A DNA stretch of 63,815 nucleotides, filler included, from Lama guanicoe (Eukaryota), in the NCBI GenBank assembly GCA_013239625.1. It is 190 parts of 190 records of this genome, joined end to end, with 100 filler letters (N's around TTAATTAATTAA, not from the genome) between each part and the next. Parts side by side here need not be neighbours in the genome. Positions count along the whole stretch, not along the records: positions 1 to 236 come from PNXV01045366.1; positions 337 to 572 come from PNXV01045367.1; positions 673 to 908 come from PNXV01045368.1; positions 1,009 to 1,244 come from PNXV01045369.1; positions 1,345 to 1,580 come from PNXV01045370.1; positions 1,681 to 1,916 come from PNXV01045371.1; positions 2,017 to 2,252 come from PNXV01045372.1; positions 2,353 to 2,588 come from PNXV01045373.1; 182 more parts are not named here. The stretch is one strand, 5' to 3'. This document shows, piece by piece, positions 1 through 11,660 of this stretch; positions within the stretch are counted from its first letter, which is position 1; each line of letters opens with the position of its first letter. Made by a program: the position numbers and the translations under genes. The notes under the pieces are model-generated. The model had not been told where the DNA came from, did not search any database, and worked only from the letters and a program-made list of their open reading frames with translations.

Positions 1-236
1 CATTCCATGTTCTCAATTCTGTTTTGTATTCTGTTTTCCATATTCTATAATCTGTGTTCTACAATCTATATTCTGTATTCTGTATTCTGCTTTCGGTATT
101 CTATATTCTATATTCTGTTTCCTACATTGTATATTCTCAATTTTATATTCAGTATTCTGTATTCTTAATCTAAATTCTGTGTGCTAAATTGTATATTCAT
201 ATTCTATATTCAGTATTTGGTATTCCATATTCTAAA
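1..236. repeat. Degenerate heptamer (TATTCTR-like) satellite fragment
   Basis: Continuous 7-bp periodicity (tattcta/tattctg/tgttcta). Shares the landmarks cattccatgttct and ttcagtattctgtattct with the contigs at 18145 and 44710. Confidence 0.85.
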
Positions 237-1008
237 NNNNNNNNNNNNNNNNNNNNNNNNNNNNNNNNNNNNNNNNNNNNTTAATTAATTAANNNNNNNN
301 NNNNNNNNNNNNNNNNNNNNNNNNNNNNNNNNNNNNTGTGTGACACTGACAGTGTCCTGTGTCTCTTGTGTGACAGTCACATTTTGTATGGTTTCTCTGA
401 CCTGTCCAATCAGAATCCTCCCCAGCTTGGGGGTGGTGACGTAGGGCTGTGCTTGGCAGTGCAGTGGGGACCAAGACTGAGGTAGGAGACCTGGAGCCCC
501 CAGTGGAAGTCCTGAACCCAGGACCTTCCCCACAGCAGGGGTCACTGTCACCTCCCTGGTGGTCCTGCCTCCNNNNNNNNNNNNNNNNNNNNNNNNNNNN
601 NNNNNNNNNNNNNNNNTTAATTAATTAANNNNNNNNNNNNNNNNNNNNNNNNNNNNNNNNNNNNNNNNNNNNCCGGGAGCTGCAGTCACACCGGGGCTGG
701 GGCCATCTGCTGCTTCCCTCACGTGTCTGCTACAAGGTTGGGATGGGCGGAACAGCTGGGGCAGCCGCCATGCCTCCCGCACACAGTCCCTCCGCATGGC
801 TAGTCTGGGCTTCCTCTCAGCATGGGGACCCCAGGGTACTTGTCCTTTTTGTATGGCCACTGGCCTCCCCCAGAACAAATCCAAAAAGCAGGAAGTGGGA
901 GCTGCCAGNNNNNNNNNNNNNNNNNNNNNNNNNNNNNNNNNNNNNNNNNNNNTTAATTAATTAANNNNNNNNNNNNNNNNNNNNNNNNNNNNNNNNNNNN
1001 NNNNNNNN

Positions 1009-1244
1009 AATGTCCTACCTATGGTTTATTGTAGTTGCTTTGTGATTTCAGGTCTTAAGTTTATGTCTTTAATCATTTTGAGTTTATTTTTGTGAATGCT
1101 GTAAGACCGGTTTCAATCTTTTGCGTGTGGCTGTCCAGGTTTCCCAAAGGCATTTATTGAAGAGGCTATTATTTCCCTATTGTGCAGCATTAACCCCTTT
1201 GTCATAAATTAATTGACCATAAAACTATGGGTTTATTCCTGGGG
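1009..1244 (-). mobile_element. LINE-1 ORF2 fragment (old)
   Basis: Antisense L1 hallmarks such as 'tctttaatcattttgagtttatttttgtg', 'catttattgaagaggct' and 'aattaattgaccat'. Confidence 0.8.
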
Positions 1245-2352
1245 NNNNNNNNNNNNNNNNNNNNNNNNNNNNNNNNNNNNNNNNNNNNTTAATTAATTAA
1301 NNNNNNNNNNNNNNNNNNNNNNNNNNNNNNNNNNNNNNNNNNNNATGACTTCATTCACGATGGCCAGGCTGGTGGATTCAAATACAAGTCTAGCATGTCT
1401 GCTCTAACAGCTTAAGGGGATGAAATGTGGAAACCCGTTTTGGCCTTTTGTCTCCATCACTTGCACAGAGCCCCTTCCTGGGGAGGACCGATCTCTGGGG
1501 ATTTTCCCAGAATGCAGTGCTACTTGGCCCTTCGGGGATGGGGCACGAAGACTGTGGCTTTCCTGGTGAACCACATGTGTNNNNNNNNNNNNNNNNNNNN
1601 NNNNNNNNNNNNNNNNNNNNNNNNTTAATTAATTAANNNNNNNNNNNNNNNNNNNNNNNNNNNNNNNNNNNNNNNNNNNNGTTTCATTGACAGCACAGTA
1701 CATTTACTTCTCACTCATGTAGCTGTGGACGATAGGAGTTCCTGGTCACGATGAAGCTTTCTTCCACGTGGAAATTCAGAGACCGAAATCTCACTTATCT
1801 TGAGGCTGTGCTACCCCTAAGGTCTCCTTGTCATTGGCACCTAAATGAGAAAGGGGAGAGAAAGCTTTTGTGAACATATGTCCATTTCTGGAAGATCACT
1901 GCCCAGTGACACTGTGNNNNNNNNNNNNNNNNNNNNNNNNNNNNNNNNNNNNNNNNNNNNTTAATTAATTAANNNNNNNNNNNNNNNNNNNNNNNNNNNN
2001 NNNNNNNNNNNNNNNNGCCACATTCCACTGCACCCCCTCCTTTGGAGCAGAGGCCTGGTCCCGGCCCCCAGGGGCCTGCCCACAAGCAGGGGCACCCAGG
2101 CCGGGGCTCAGGGGCTGCAGGGAGAGGCTCACAGGACGATGCCTCCAGGAGAGGTATAACCCACCCCCCCTGCGAGCACAGGAAGGGGAGAGGGCTTTTG
2201 GCGGGAGCCAGCAGGAGGCGGTCCCTGGCTGGTGCCCATTGGCCTCAACAAGNNNNNNNNNNNNNNNNNNNNNNNNNNNNNNNNNNNNNNNNNNNNTTAA
2301 TTAATTAANNNNNNNNNNNNNNNNNNNNNNNNNNNNNNNNNNNNNNNNNNNN

Positions 2353-2588
2353 GCCCGCGCCCTCGGCCGAGCTCTCAGGGCGCGCCCCGGGATCCGCGGG
2401 CGCCCGAGTGGCTGGGGCGGCGGGGTCGGCCCTCGGCGTTGGAGTCCCTCTCCCGCGCCGGCCCCGCACGGAACCCTGGCCCCTCTCCGCGGCCGGCGCC
2501 CCGGGGCGGAGCTGCGCGCGATGGGCGCCGAGCGGGAGGCAGGCGGGGCGGCGGCGGCGGCGGCGGGGGGGGGCAGGAGGCGGAGGCG
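2353..2588. promoter_or_regulatory. CpG-island fragment with GC boxes and a (GGC)n tract; probable promoter or 5' exon
   Basis: Very high GC and CpG density, GGGGCGG motifs, and a GGC run at ~2547-2565. Confidence 0.7.
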
Positions 2589-3360
2589 NNNNNNNNNNNN
2601 NNNNNNNNNNNNNNNNNNNNNNNNNNNNNNNNTTAATTAATTAANNNNNNNNNNNNNNNNNNNNNNNNNNNNNNNNNNNNNNNNNNNNTCGGAGTCTGGG
2701 GGCCGTATTTCAAGACTTGCCCTGGTGTGGAGGGCTTCGTTTCTGAAGACAGATGCTGCACAGACATCCATCCACTGTGCTTGCCTAACCCCTTGCACAC
2801 TGAAGTCACCAGTAACTACAGCCCACTTCAGGTTTTAAGGGAGGAGCACAGACAATCAACAGGGGAGGTGCTCTAAGGGGGTGAACCAGGCCGGTGGGGG
2901 CCGAGCTCAGAGCCCCCCTGCCTCNNNNNNNNNNNNNNNNNNNNNNNNNNNNNNNNNNNNNNNNNNNNTTAATTAATTAANNNNNNNNNNNNNNNNNNNN
3001 NNNNNNNNNNNNNNNNNNNNNNNNAAAAAAAAAGTCTCCCAGTGTGGACTGTACATAATTAGGTAGCTACTCCAGACATCAGCCACCTCCCCAAAGCCAG
3101 GCAGGAGCCCTAAGTCTGTGGTTTCTTTTGGGGGGTGAGATGCTAGCTGCATCCTCTAGAAATCAGGAATTCAGCAGACTTATGGACATTCACATCTAAG
3201 CAGAAAGGCTAATAACTTCAAGGAGATCTGGGATCATGTGACTATTTCCGTTCTAAACATNNNNNNNNNNNNNNNNNNNNNNNNNNNNNNNNNNNNNNNN
3301 NNNNTTAATTAATTAANNNNNNNNNNNNNNNNNNNNNNNNNNNNNNNNNNNNNNNNNNNN

Positions 3361-3596
3361 CAGATGTAGTCAGCCTCGTCCTCCTCCAGGACGTTCTAGA
3401 TGGTCAGGTCGTGCTCTGGGCCAGGGCCCGAGCCTGAAAAGCGATCAGAGACCCCATCCCTCATGGATTCAACAACACCGCTGATGCCGACTCCCATCTC
3501 GAACTGTGTGCCCTTCCCCGGGTCCTGCTGGTACTAGTCCATGTAAAAACCACTGTAGCCACTGCTCAGGGTGCAGGTGAGCTTGGCCGAGGCTCC
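3361..3596 (-). pseudogene. IGLV: Immunoglobulin lambda variable pseudogene, IGLV9-like
   Basis: Minus frame reads [76 protein letters not shown](C). It has the first Cys, the YQQ.PGKG, DRFSGS and EDEADY motifs, and an IGLV9-type CTLSSGYS with long CDR2. TAG stops at 3534-3536 (the conserved Trp) and 3396-3398. Confidence 0.93.
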
Positions 3597-4368
3597 NNNN
3601 NNNNNNNNNNNNNNNNNNNNNNNNNNNNNNNNNNNNNNNNTTAATTAATTAANNNNNNNNNNNNNNNNNNNNNNNNNNNNNNNNNNNNNNNNNNNNAAAA
3701 AAAATATGTCCGTGGACCAGGGACTAGAAGGGAATGTAGAAAATGAAAATAGAACCATGGGATGTGGTTCTATTATTTCCATCCCAGTGTCATAGCATTT
3801 TTGTCTATTACATTAAAACTCAGGACAAAGGACTCTCTTGGGCTACGTGGTCAGCCTCACCTGCCGCTTGCCCTGAATTCCAGAAACCATGTGCTGGGGC
3901 TCAGGGGTCATGGTGCCCCCTGGCCATTCTTGNNNNNNNNNNNNNNNNNNNNNNNNNNNNNNNNNNNNNNNNNNNNTTAATTAATTAANNNNNNNNNNNN
4001 NNNNNNNNNNNNNNNNNNNNNNNNNNNNNNNNTCCTTGGAGGAAGAAGAGATGGTTCTGCTTCTTCCGAAGCGTCGCATCCGATCAGCAGGCCTAGGGTA
4101 AGTTCCCAGTGACAGCCAAGGTCCCTTGATCTCGCCTTGAGAGTTCTCTAATTAGACAGGCGGGGACTCTCATTTGTATTTGAGTTTTTCTTAAACTTTT
4201 CTTTGTTCTTTCAGGGTTCTTAGGGCTGAGATCTTTAATATTTGGGAGGCCGATGGCTGAAGTTCATTNNNNNNNNNNNNNNNNNNNNNNNNNNNNNNNN
4301 NNNNNNNNNNNNTTAATTAATTAANNNNNNNNNNNNNNNNNNNNNNNNNNNNNNNNNNNNNNNNNNNN

Positions 4369-4604
4369 ATCCATTATGACTTTCTCTAACTTCAGAAATA
4401 GCCATGAAAACCAAATGCCTGGGGGTACCACAGTGAGACACGTAGGAACTGTAGCATCTTTTACATCAGCTCAGCATCTGCTCAGAGTCAACCCACGTGT
4501 CTCCACCTTGCTGGGGTCTAGAAAATGGATGAATGAGTTGCTTCATTTGATCTGGATAAATACTGCATCAATGGAAAAATGCTCTCATTTTATGTCTTAA
4601 TTCT
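4369..4604. repeat. Copy A of a 236-bp sequence also present at 16129-16364
   Basis: Direct comparison gives 11 substitutions, no indels, and identical first 49 and last 49 nt. Confidence 0.97.
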
Positions 4605-5734
4605 NNNNNNNNNNNNNNNNNNNNNNNNNNNNNNNNNNNNNNNNNNNNTTAATTAATTAANNNNNNNNNNNNNNNNNNNNNNNNNNNNNNNNNNNNNNNN
4701 NNNNTTTTTGGCATGCTAGAACAATGTCACAGTGAATAGTTTTGTACTTAGAGAATTTCATATATGTGTACCACATCTGTAGGATAAATTCACAACAATG
4801 TTCTGAAGACATAACCTTCATAATATGTTGTTTTTCCTCTAAATTAATCTGTAATTAAATACAATGTCAATAAATTCCCCAACAGGCATCTTTTTTTTTA
4901 ACTGGACAAGCTGATGTTAATATGAGAAAATAAACAAAATNNNNNNNNNNNNNNNNNNNNNNNNNNNNNNNNNNNNNNNNNNNNTTAATTAATTAANNNN
5001 NNNNNNNNNNNNNNNNNNNNNNNNNNNNNNNNNNNNNNNNATAAAGGCACTAGACCAATGGTTCATTCATGTACTTCAACGCATATATGCAATGTACACA
5101 TTTAATACAAAATACATTTAATATATTAAAAGCATACGTAACGAAAGAGAGAAGCAAGTCATTCTATGTATTAAAGACTATGATGGTAGCCGTAAAACTG
5201 CCCTGGACCCTTCATTTTCACATACAGAACACCTTAGTAACTAAATTAGTTTACTTATTTTTAGCCGTCCAACGAGNNNNNNNNNNNNNNNNNNNNNNNN
5301 NNNNNNNNNNNNNNNNNNNNTTAATTAATTAANNNNNNNNNNNNNNNNNNNNNNNNNNNNNNNNNNNNNNNNNNNNAATTCAAGAGGAAGATTATAGAAG
5401 AAAGTCCCCAAAGGAAAATACAGGAGTTTCTGCTCTGCTGAACATTTCAAGACCCAAATAACTAGTTAGAAAAATCAGATCTGTGACATTATTTGGACCC
5501 CATGCATAGGGGTTACACTGGAACGAAATGGAGACCAGGAGGACCCTAAGGGTAAACGTCTTACAAATCCTGAGATAAAGAACCCTGTGCCCACTGCTCC
5601 ATCTCACTAGTCNNNNNNNNNNNNNNNNNNNNNNNNNNNNNNNNNNNNNNNNNNNNTTAATTAATTAANNNNNNNNNNNNNNNNNNNNNNNNNNNNNNNN
5701 NNNNNNNNNNNNGGATCACTGAAGATGTCCATTT

Positions 5735-5850
5735 TTAGAATGCTCCCCACACTGATTAAACCAGAATCTCTGGGAGGAATATAAAGCATGGGATCGTTCC
5801 CAAAGCTTCCCAGGTGATTCTACTGTGCCGATGAGGATGGGAAGGATTGG
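5735..5850. mobile_element. MER5-type hAT-Charlie DNA transposon relic
   Basis: 'aaaccagaatctctggga...aagcttcccaggtgattctactgtgc' resembles the MER5A/B consensus. Confidence 0.55.
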
Positions 5851-7056
5851 TTTTAGGCATTCACTTAATACCAGCCAGCACACTCAGGATCGCCAATACC
5901 TGCTGCTGATTTTCTACAACAGTGGGTTCGATTCTTAAGCATCTGGAGNNNNNNNNNNNNNNNNNNNNNNNNNNNNNNNNNNNNNNNNNNNNTTAATTAA
6001 TTAANNNNNNNNNNNNNNNNNNNNNNNNNNNNNNNNNNNNNNNNNNNNATTTTTTGTCATGATGTAAAGCTTATTTTCAAGCTTATGTAATTTTCGATAC
6101 CTAAATATAGCTTTTAGTTTTTGGGGAACAGAAAGGAATCAGAGTTTACCTATACTATGACTGCGAAAGTAGCAGCTGATTTATATAATTAAACCGAGAA
6201 AATCCTGACACAGCCTAGATTTTTCCCTTAATAAATCAAGATCATTTATCAGTTTTGAGTGAAAGAACACATTGCTTATGGTTTNNNNNNNNNNNNNNNN
6301 NNNNNNNNNNNNNNNNNNNNNNNNNNNNTTAATTAATTAANNNNNNNNNNNNNNNNNNNNNNNNNNNNNNNNNNNNNNNNNNNNCTAGCCGACCTCTGCA
6401 GGCTGTTTCAGTCTATGAGTCAGTATACCTAGGGAAGAGCTAGGCATCTATTTCTGGGGCCATCATCACAACTACCTTGTCAGGACTTTGACTCTTCCTG
6501 CTACTGGGGGCTGGAGGGAAAGTCAGATGAGGTAGCTTGCAGAGAACGTGAATCCTCAGTGAGCAGGTACGAAGACTCACACTAGATCAACTGAGGCACG
6601 TCTGAAGGAAATGACACCCTNNNNNNNNNNNNNNNNNNNNNNNNNNNNNNNNNNNNNNNNNNNNTTAATTAATTAANNNNNNNNNNNNNNNNNNNNNNNN
6701 NNNNNNNNNNNNNNNNNNNNCATCAAAATTCCTGACGGAGCGGCTGTAGAAGTGGAAAGTGAGGGTTTTACAAGCAGATTAAAGACGAAAGAAACTCAGC
6801 CCAGCAGAAAAACGTCCTTGCACAGTCCTCTGGTTTGGGGGCTATACTTCCACAAACAAGGATTTGTGAAATGTAGGAGTCCCTCTATTAGAATCCTTTT
6901 CACATTGAATGTGTTATTATTATTACTATTTTTGGTCACCTGTGCTGGATTTTGAGNNNNNNNNNNNNNNNNNNNNNNNNNNNNNNNNNNNNNNNNNNNN
7001 TTAATTAATTAANNNNNNNNNNNNNNNNNNNNNNNNNNNNNNNNNNNNNNNNNNNN

Positions 7057-7292
7057 TTTAAGAATATAATGATGATTCAGTATTGGTAGGTCTATTAATA
7101 TAATTTATCTAACTAGTTGTCTTACTAGTAAGCTAAGGAGAAAAAGTACATGAGTATCTGCACAGATGCTTAAAAAGCACTTAACACCCAAATGTCTTAT
7201 AAAAACTTTTAACCATACAGCAAGAGATGGATGCTGTCTTAATATATCCACCTCATCCTCAAAGCCAGCATCATGCTAATGGGAAAATACTG
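7057..7292 (+). mobile_element. Old LINE-1 ORF2 (RT region) fragment
   Basis: 'cagatgcttaaaaagcactt...aaagccagcatcatgctaatgggaaaatactg' corresponds to the decayed DAEKAFDK...PTANIILNGEKL region. Confidence 0.65.
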
Positions 7293-8064
7293 NNNNNNNN
7301 NNNNNNNNNNNNNNNNNNNNNNNNNNNNNNNNNNNNTTAATTAATTAANNNNNNNNNNNNNNNNNNNNNNNNNNNNNNNNNNNNNNNNNNNNGAGTTCCT
7401 GGCTGTGAAGCCTCCTGGTATGACCTCCAAGCTCAGGGAGAGAAAGGTCCTCAGAGCCAAGTCTTCCTTGAGGATCTGACAACTCTCTGCACCTTTACAC
7501 CCACCATCTCCTCAACGCCTCACCTTGGCCCTGGGCACTGTTCCCATTACACAGGTGAGAAGACTGAGGTCCAAGGTGCTTGGGAACCAGGACTTCTGGT
7601 GGCTGCTCTTGGGCTCCACATATCTACANNNNNNNNNNNNNNNNNNNNNNNNNNNNNNNNNNNNNNNNNNNNTTAATTAATTAANNNNNNNNNNNNNNNN
7701 NNNNNNNNNNNNNNNNNNNNNNNNNNNNACCCTTGAATGTTCCAGCCAGGGGGTGATGGCTTCACTCGGGTGTGTCCATCCAGAACTGTCACTCAGACCT
7801 CCCATGTCGACCAGTAACACTGACCAATAAGGCCCACCACCAGCTTTAGGCTGGCAGCACTAGGGGTCTTTGCTTATGGTAGTAAGTGCCTGATATGCAG
7901 ATTATTGTTCATGATTTGATCATTTATTCACAAAATCCATTAGTAAGCAGCTACAGTGGAGCAGNNNNNNNNNNNNNNNNNNNNNNNNNNNNNNNNNNNN
8001 NNNNNNNNTTAATTAATTAANNNNNNNNNNNNNNNNNNNNNNNNNNNNNNNNNNNNNNNNNNNN

Positions 8065-8174
8065 CTCCGTCTGCTGGATTTCCGAATAAAGTTGCTATTC
8101 CTTGCCCCAACATTTTGTCTCCCGATTTATTGGCTTGTCGTGCAGCGATCAGAACGAGTTTGGACTTGGTAACA
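8065..8174 (+). mobile_element. 3' end (R/U5) of an ERV LTR, MER54/MER74/MER88-like
   Basis: AATAAA followed by 'gttgctattccttgccccaac...gatttattggcttgtcgtgcagcgatcagaacgagtttggacttggtaaca', ending in the LTR terminal CA. Confidence 0.65.
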
Positions 8175-8400
8175 CTCCCACAGCTCCCAGTCAACTGCAG
8201 ATGGGAGAAGAGAAAAGGAGAGGTGGGCAGACATCAAAGTGATTTTCCTAAATGGAAATGTTTGTTAAAATATTGAAATATTTCCACACCAATTAATCAA
8301 NNNNNNNNNNNNNNNNNNNNNNNNNNNNNNNNNNNNNNNNNNNNTTAATTAATTAANNNNNNNNNNNNNNNNNNNNNNNNNNNNNNNNNNNNNNNNNNNN

Positions 8401-8636
8401 GCTGGTGGAGGGTTTTGCTTCAATGTTGATTTCTGCCAACTGATCGAAGTGGTCGTTACTGAAGGTTGAGTTGGCTGTGTCAGTTTCTCAAAACAAGACA
8501 ACAGCGAAGTGTGCTGCGCTGATTGACTCTTCCTTTCATGAATGGGATCTCTGTAGCATGCAATGCTGATGGATAGTATTTTACCCTCAGCAGAATTTCT
8601 TTCAAAATTAGAGTCAGTTCTCTTAAAACCTGCCAC
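8401..8636 (-). mobile_element. Tigger1 (pogo-family) transposase C-terminal fragment
   Basis: Translation AGFKRTDSNFERNSAEGKILSISIACYRDPIHERKSQSAQHTSLLSCFEKLTQPTQPS matches the Tigger1/TIGD1 C-terminus (GFERIDSNFERSSTVGKMLSNSIACYREIF..RKSQ...TSLLSYFKKLPQP). Confidence 0.88.
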
Positions 8637-10416
8637 NNNNNNNNNNNNNNNNNNNNNNNNNNNNNNNNNNNNNNNNNNNNTTAATTAATTAANNNNNNNN
8701 NNNNNNNNNNNNNNNNNNNNNNNNNNNNNNNNNNNNGACAGCCCACCAAACATGCCCCACATCCACTAGCAAGAAATGATTAACTGAGATTACAGAGCTT
8801 GCTTTGCAGAATACCAAGGAAATCACCTATAAGGAAACAATTTCCTGACTGTTTCCTTCGACTCAACATCGCATAGGACCACTGAGGGACAAGAATGACT
8901 GATCAGTGAACTTTGGATGTCACAGGCTGAAAATCCACCACATGCAACAGAAGGAAACCACCCCCTCCCAATNNNNNNNNNNNNNNNNNNNNNNNNNNNN
9001 NNNNNNNNNNNNNNNNTTAATTAATTAANNNNNNNNNNNNNNNNNNNNNNNNNNNNNNNNNNNNNNNNNNNNCAAGCAGATGGAGGATTCAGATTCTTTC
9101 TCCCCTGGGGAGTCTAAGATACCAGTTGAGTGGTTAAAGGAAAATTAAAATCAGACACGGGAGTATTGAAAATAAAGAAATCTGTTCGGCCAGGAGCTGA
9201 GAAAGAAGTCCTGAATGTGCTTTTTGCAAAAGGTGTTCTGTCTGCAGAAACCAACCAAGAAATAGCGGAGGCTTCGAAACAGAAATCATATCTGGGAAGG
9301 GAAAGGTGNNNNNNNNNNNNNNNNNNNNNNNNNNNNNNNNNNNNNNNNNNNNTTAATTAATTAANNNNNNNNNNNNNNNNNNNNNNNNNNNNNNNNNNNN
9401 NNNNNNNNGAGCAGCCCTTAACTGACAGAACTAAGTTAAACAGGCACAGAGCGTCCCGCTGACACCCAGCCTGAGACGCAGGCTGGCAGCAGCGGGCAGG
9501 GCCAGGCTGCACAAGTCGGGCGGAGGACAGGGGTGGCTGCATGGAGGCAGCCCTGGGGGACTACAAGGGGCTGCGCGCAGTGGCTGTGGGTATATAGGGC
9601 AGAACAACCTGAGCCCTCCATAAAACAGCAAGGTTGATGTGCTCNNNNNNNNNNNNNNNNNNNNNNNNNNNNNNNNNNNNNNNNNNNNTTAATTAATTAA
9701 NNNNNNNNNNNNNNNNNNNNNNNNNNNNNNNNNNNNNNNNNNNNTGGGAAAAGCCATACAAAGTGAGCTGTGAGGTTGGCATGCAAAATGCAAGCATCAC
9801 TATTAATTCACACCTGTGTGGCAAGAGACACTAAACTGTTAGCTCTTGCTTCTCTTTTTGAGAATTAAAGTGTATTGCTTATGATTAGACTCCATGTTCT
9901 GACTAGACCTCAATTAAAATTTTTTTTAACCGAAGTATAGTTGATTTACAATGTTGTATTAGTTTCTGGTGTACAGCCCANNNNNNNNNNNNNNNNNNNN
10001 NNNNNNNNNNNNNNNNNNNNNNNNTTAATTAATTAANNNNNNNNNNNNNNNNNNNNNNNNNNNNNNNNNNNNNNNNNNNNGAATATATACTAAGAAACAA
10101 ACAACTAACTGTAAACCCCCTGGTGATGGCTCACCTGCCTCCATCTTCCTTTGGAAAATTAAATAAACAGGGCAATAACATGGTACTTATCTAAAAATAA
10201 GTAAAGAATAATTACTTATAATATAAATATTCTAATAGATGTTAAAAGGGTCAAAAGTCAGCCAAATGGCCACATATAAAGGCAGAATAGGTTTTTATTT
10301 TGGTTATTTGGTCTTTNNNNNNNNNNNNNNNNNNNNNNNNNNNNNNNNNNNNNNNNNNNNTTAATTAATTAANNNNNNNNNNNNNNNNNNNNNNNNNNNN
10401 NNNNNNNNNNNNNNNN

Positions 10417-10487
10417 CCCGGGGATGGAACCCAGGACCTCGGGCACGCTAGGCACACGCTCTCCCGCTGGGCTGTGCCCTGCCCCCC
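10417..10487 (-). mobile_element. tRNA-Ala-derived SINE head (camelid Vic-1-like), GC-shifted copy
   Basis: Aligns without gaps to the copy at 36625 over 62 nt. The reverse complement has a B-box-like GGTTCCATCC. Confidence 0.7.
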
Positions 10488-11424
10488 ACTTCTCGTTACG
10501 CCCTCACGGCTCGGCTTACATCATCTCTAGGAGACTCGGGAACTCGCCTTTCTGGGTGCAGTCAACAGTCTTTGGTTGCCAGTGACAGAAACTGATTTAG
10601 ACGAATTTCAAGAGGAACGGCCTTGATTAGAAGGTGATGGGGTATCTTCCGANNNNNNNNNNNNNNNNNNNNNNNNNNNNNNNNNNNNNNNNNNNNTTAA
10701 TTAATTAANNNNNNNNNNNNNNNNNNNNNNNNNNNNNNNNNNNNNNNNNNNNAACTGACCAGTGGCCTCACAGGGGCAGGGATGTGCACCACATCAAAAA
10801 CGCCCTGCCAACCTAACACAAAAACAAGGCATTCTTCAGGGTATACCAGAACTCAGCCTACCTTAATTCCTATAAGCGTGGCTTGCATAAACTCTAAAAT
10901 CTACAATGAAAGGATTTTCAGCTGTTGTTACAGACAGAAATACTGCTTTTAGCATGCTGTGTCTGCAGAATAGCTTAAATTGTATGTTNNNNNNNNNNNN
11001 NNNNNNNNNNNNNNNNNNNNNNNNNNNNNNNNTTAATTAATTAANNNNNNNNNNNNNNNNNNNNNNNNNNNNNNNNNNNNNNNNNNNNGAGGATAAAACT
11101 TGCAAACCTATGGTAATTGCTTAGTTAAGTGATGCTACTTTAAGTAATAGTAATTCTTACCACAGCGCAATGTGCTCTGTGCATTTATTACCTCTATGAA
11201 CAAATGAGAAATGTGAAGTGTAGTGTGATTAACAAATTTGCTGAAAATCACGAGGTAAATTGTGACCTCATATCATTCTGACCTCCAAGCCCACACTCTT
11301 AACCTCAACAATACATTGCTATTGNNNNNNNNNNNNNNNNNNNNNNNNNNNNNNNNNNNNNNNNNNNNTTAATTAATTAANNNNNNNNNNNNNNNNNNNN
11401 NNNNNNNNNNNNNNNNNNNNNNNN

Positions 11425-11660
11425 GAACCCTCATTCACTGGTGGTGGAAATGTACATTGGTGCCGATACACTGGAAAACAATATGGAGGTTTCTCAAAAA
11501 AACTAAAAGTAGAACTACCATGTGACTCAGCAGTTCCACTCCTGGGTATATATCTGACAAAAGGAACCCACTAATTCAAAAAGATACATTTATCCCAATT
11601 TTCATAGCAGCATTATTTACAGTTGCCAAGATATGGGAGCAACCTAATTGTCCATCAACA
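11425..11660 (+). mobile_element. LINE-1 ORF2 C-terminal fragment
   Basis: Encodes WRFLKKLKVELPCDSAVPLLGIY (L1 consensus WRFLKxLxxELPYDPAIPLLGIYP), followed by 'tcatagcagcattatttacagttgccaagatatgg'. Confidence 0.9.

Noticed and set aside
337..572. J-segment-like words (ggggaccaagactgaggtagg; ggtcactgtcacctcc) and a CCAAT plus TGACGT pair
   Set aside because: There is no correctly spaced RSS and no intact FGxG/WGxG frame. The promoter motifs alone are too short to support a call.
4376..4600. A 74-aa ORF apparently conserved in two copies (also 16136-16360), with a CACAGTG heptamer
   Set aside because: The conservation simply reflects 95% DNA identity, and many of the changes are non-synonymous. 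No nonamer lies 12 or 23 nt from the heptamer.
8401..8636. An open Tigger1 frame across the whole contig as a possible domesticated TIGD gene
   Set aside because: Only ~78 codons with many non-conservative changes, which is compatible with a neutrally decaying copy.
9130..9308. Lys/Glu-rich protein-like ORF (VKGKLKSDTGVLKIKK...)
   Set aside because: No recognisable family and no convincing splice sites. Purine-rich composition explains it.
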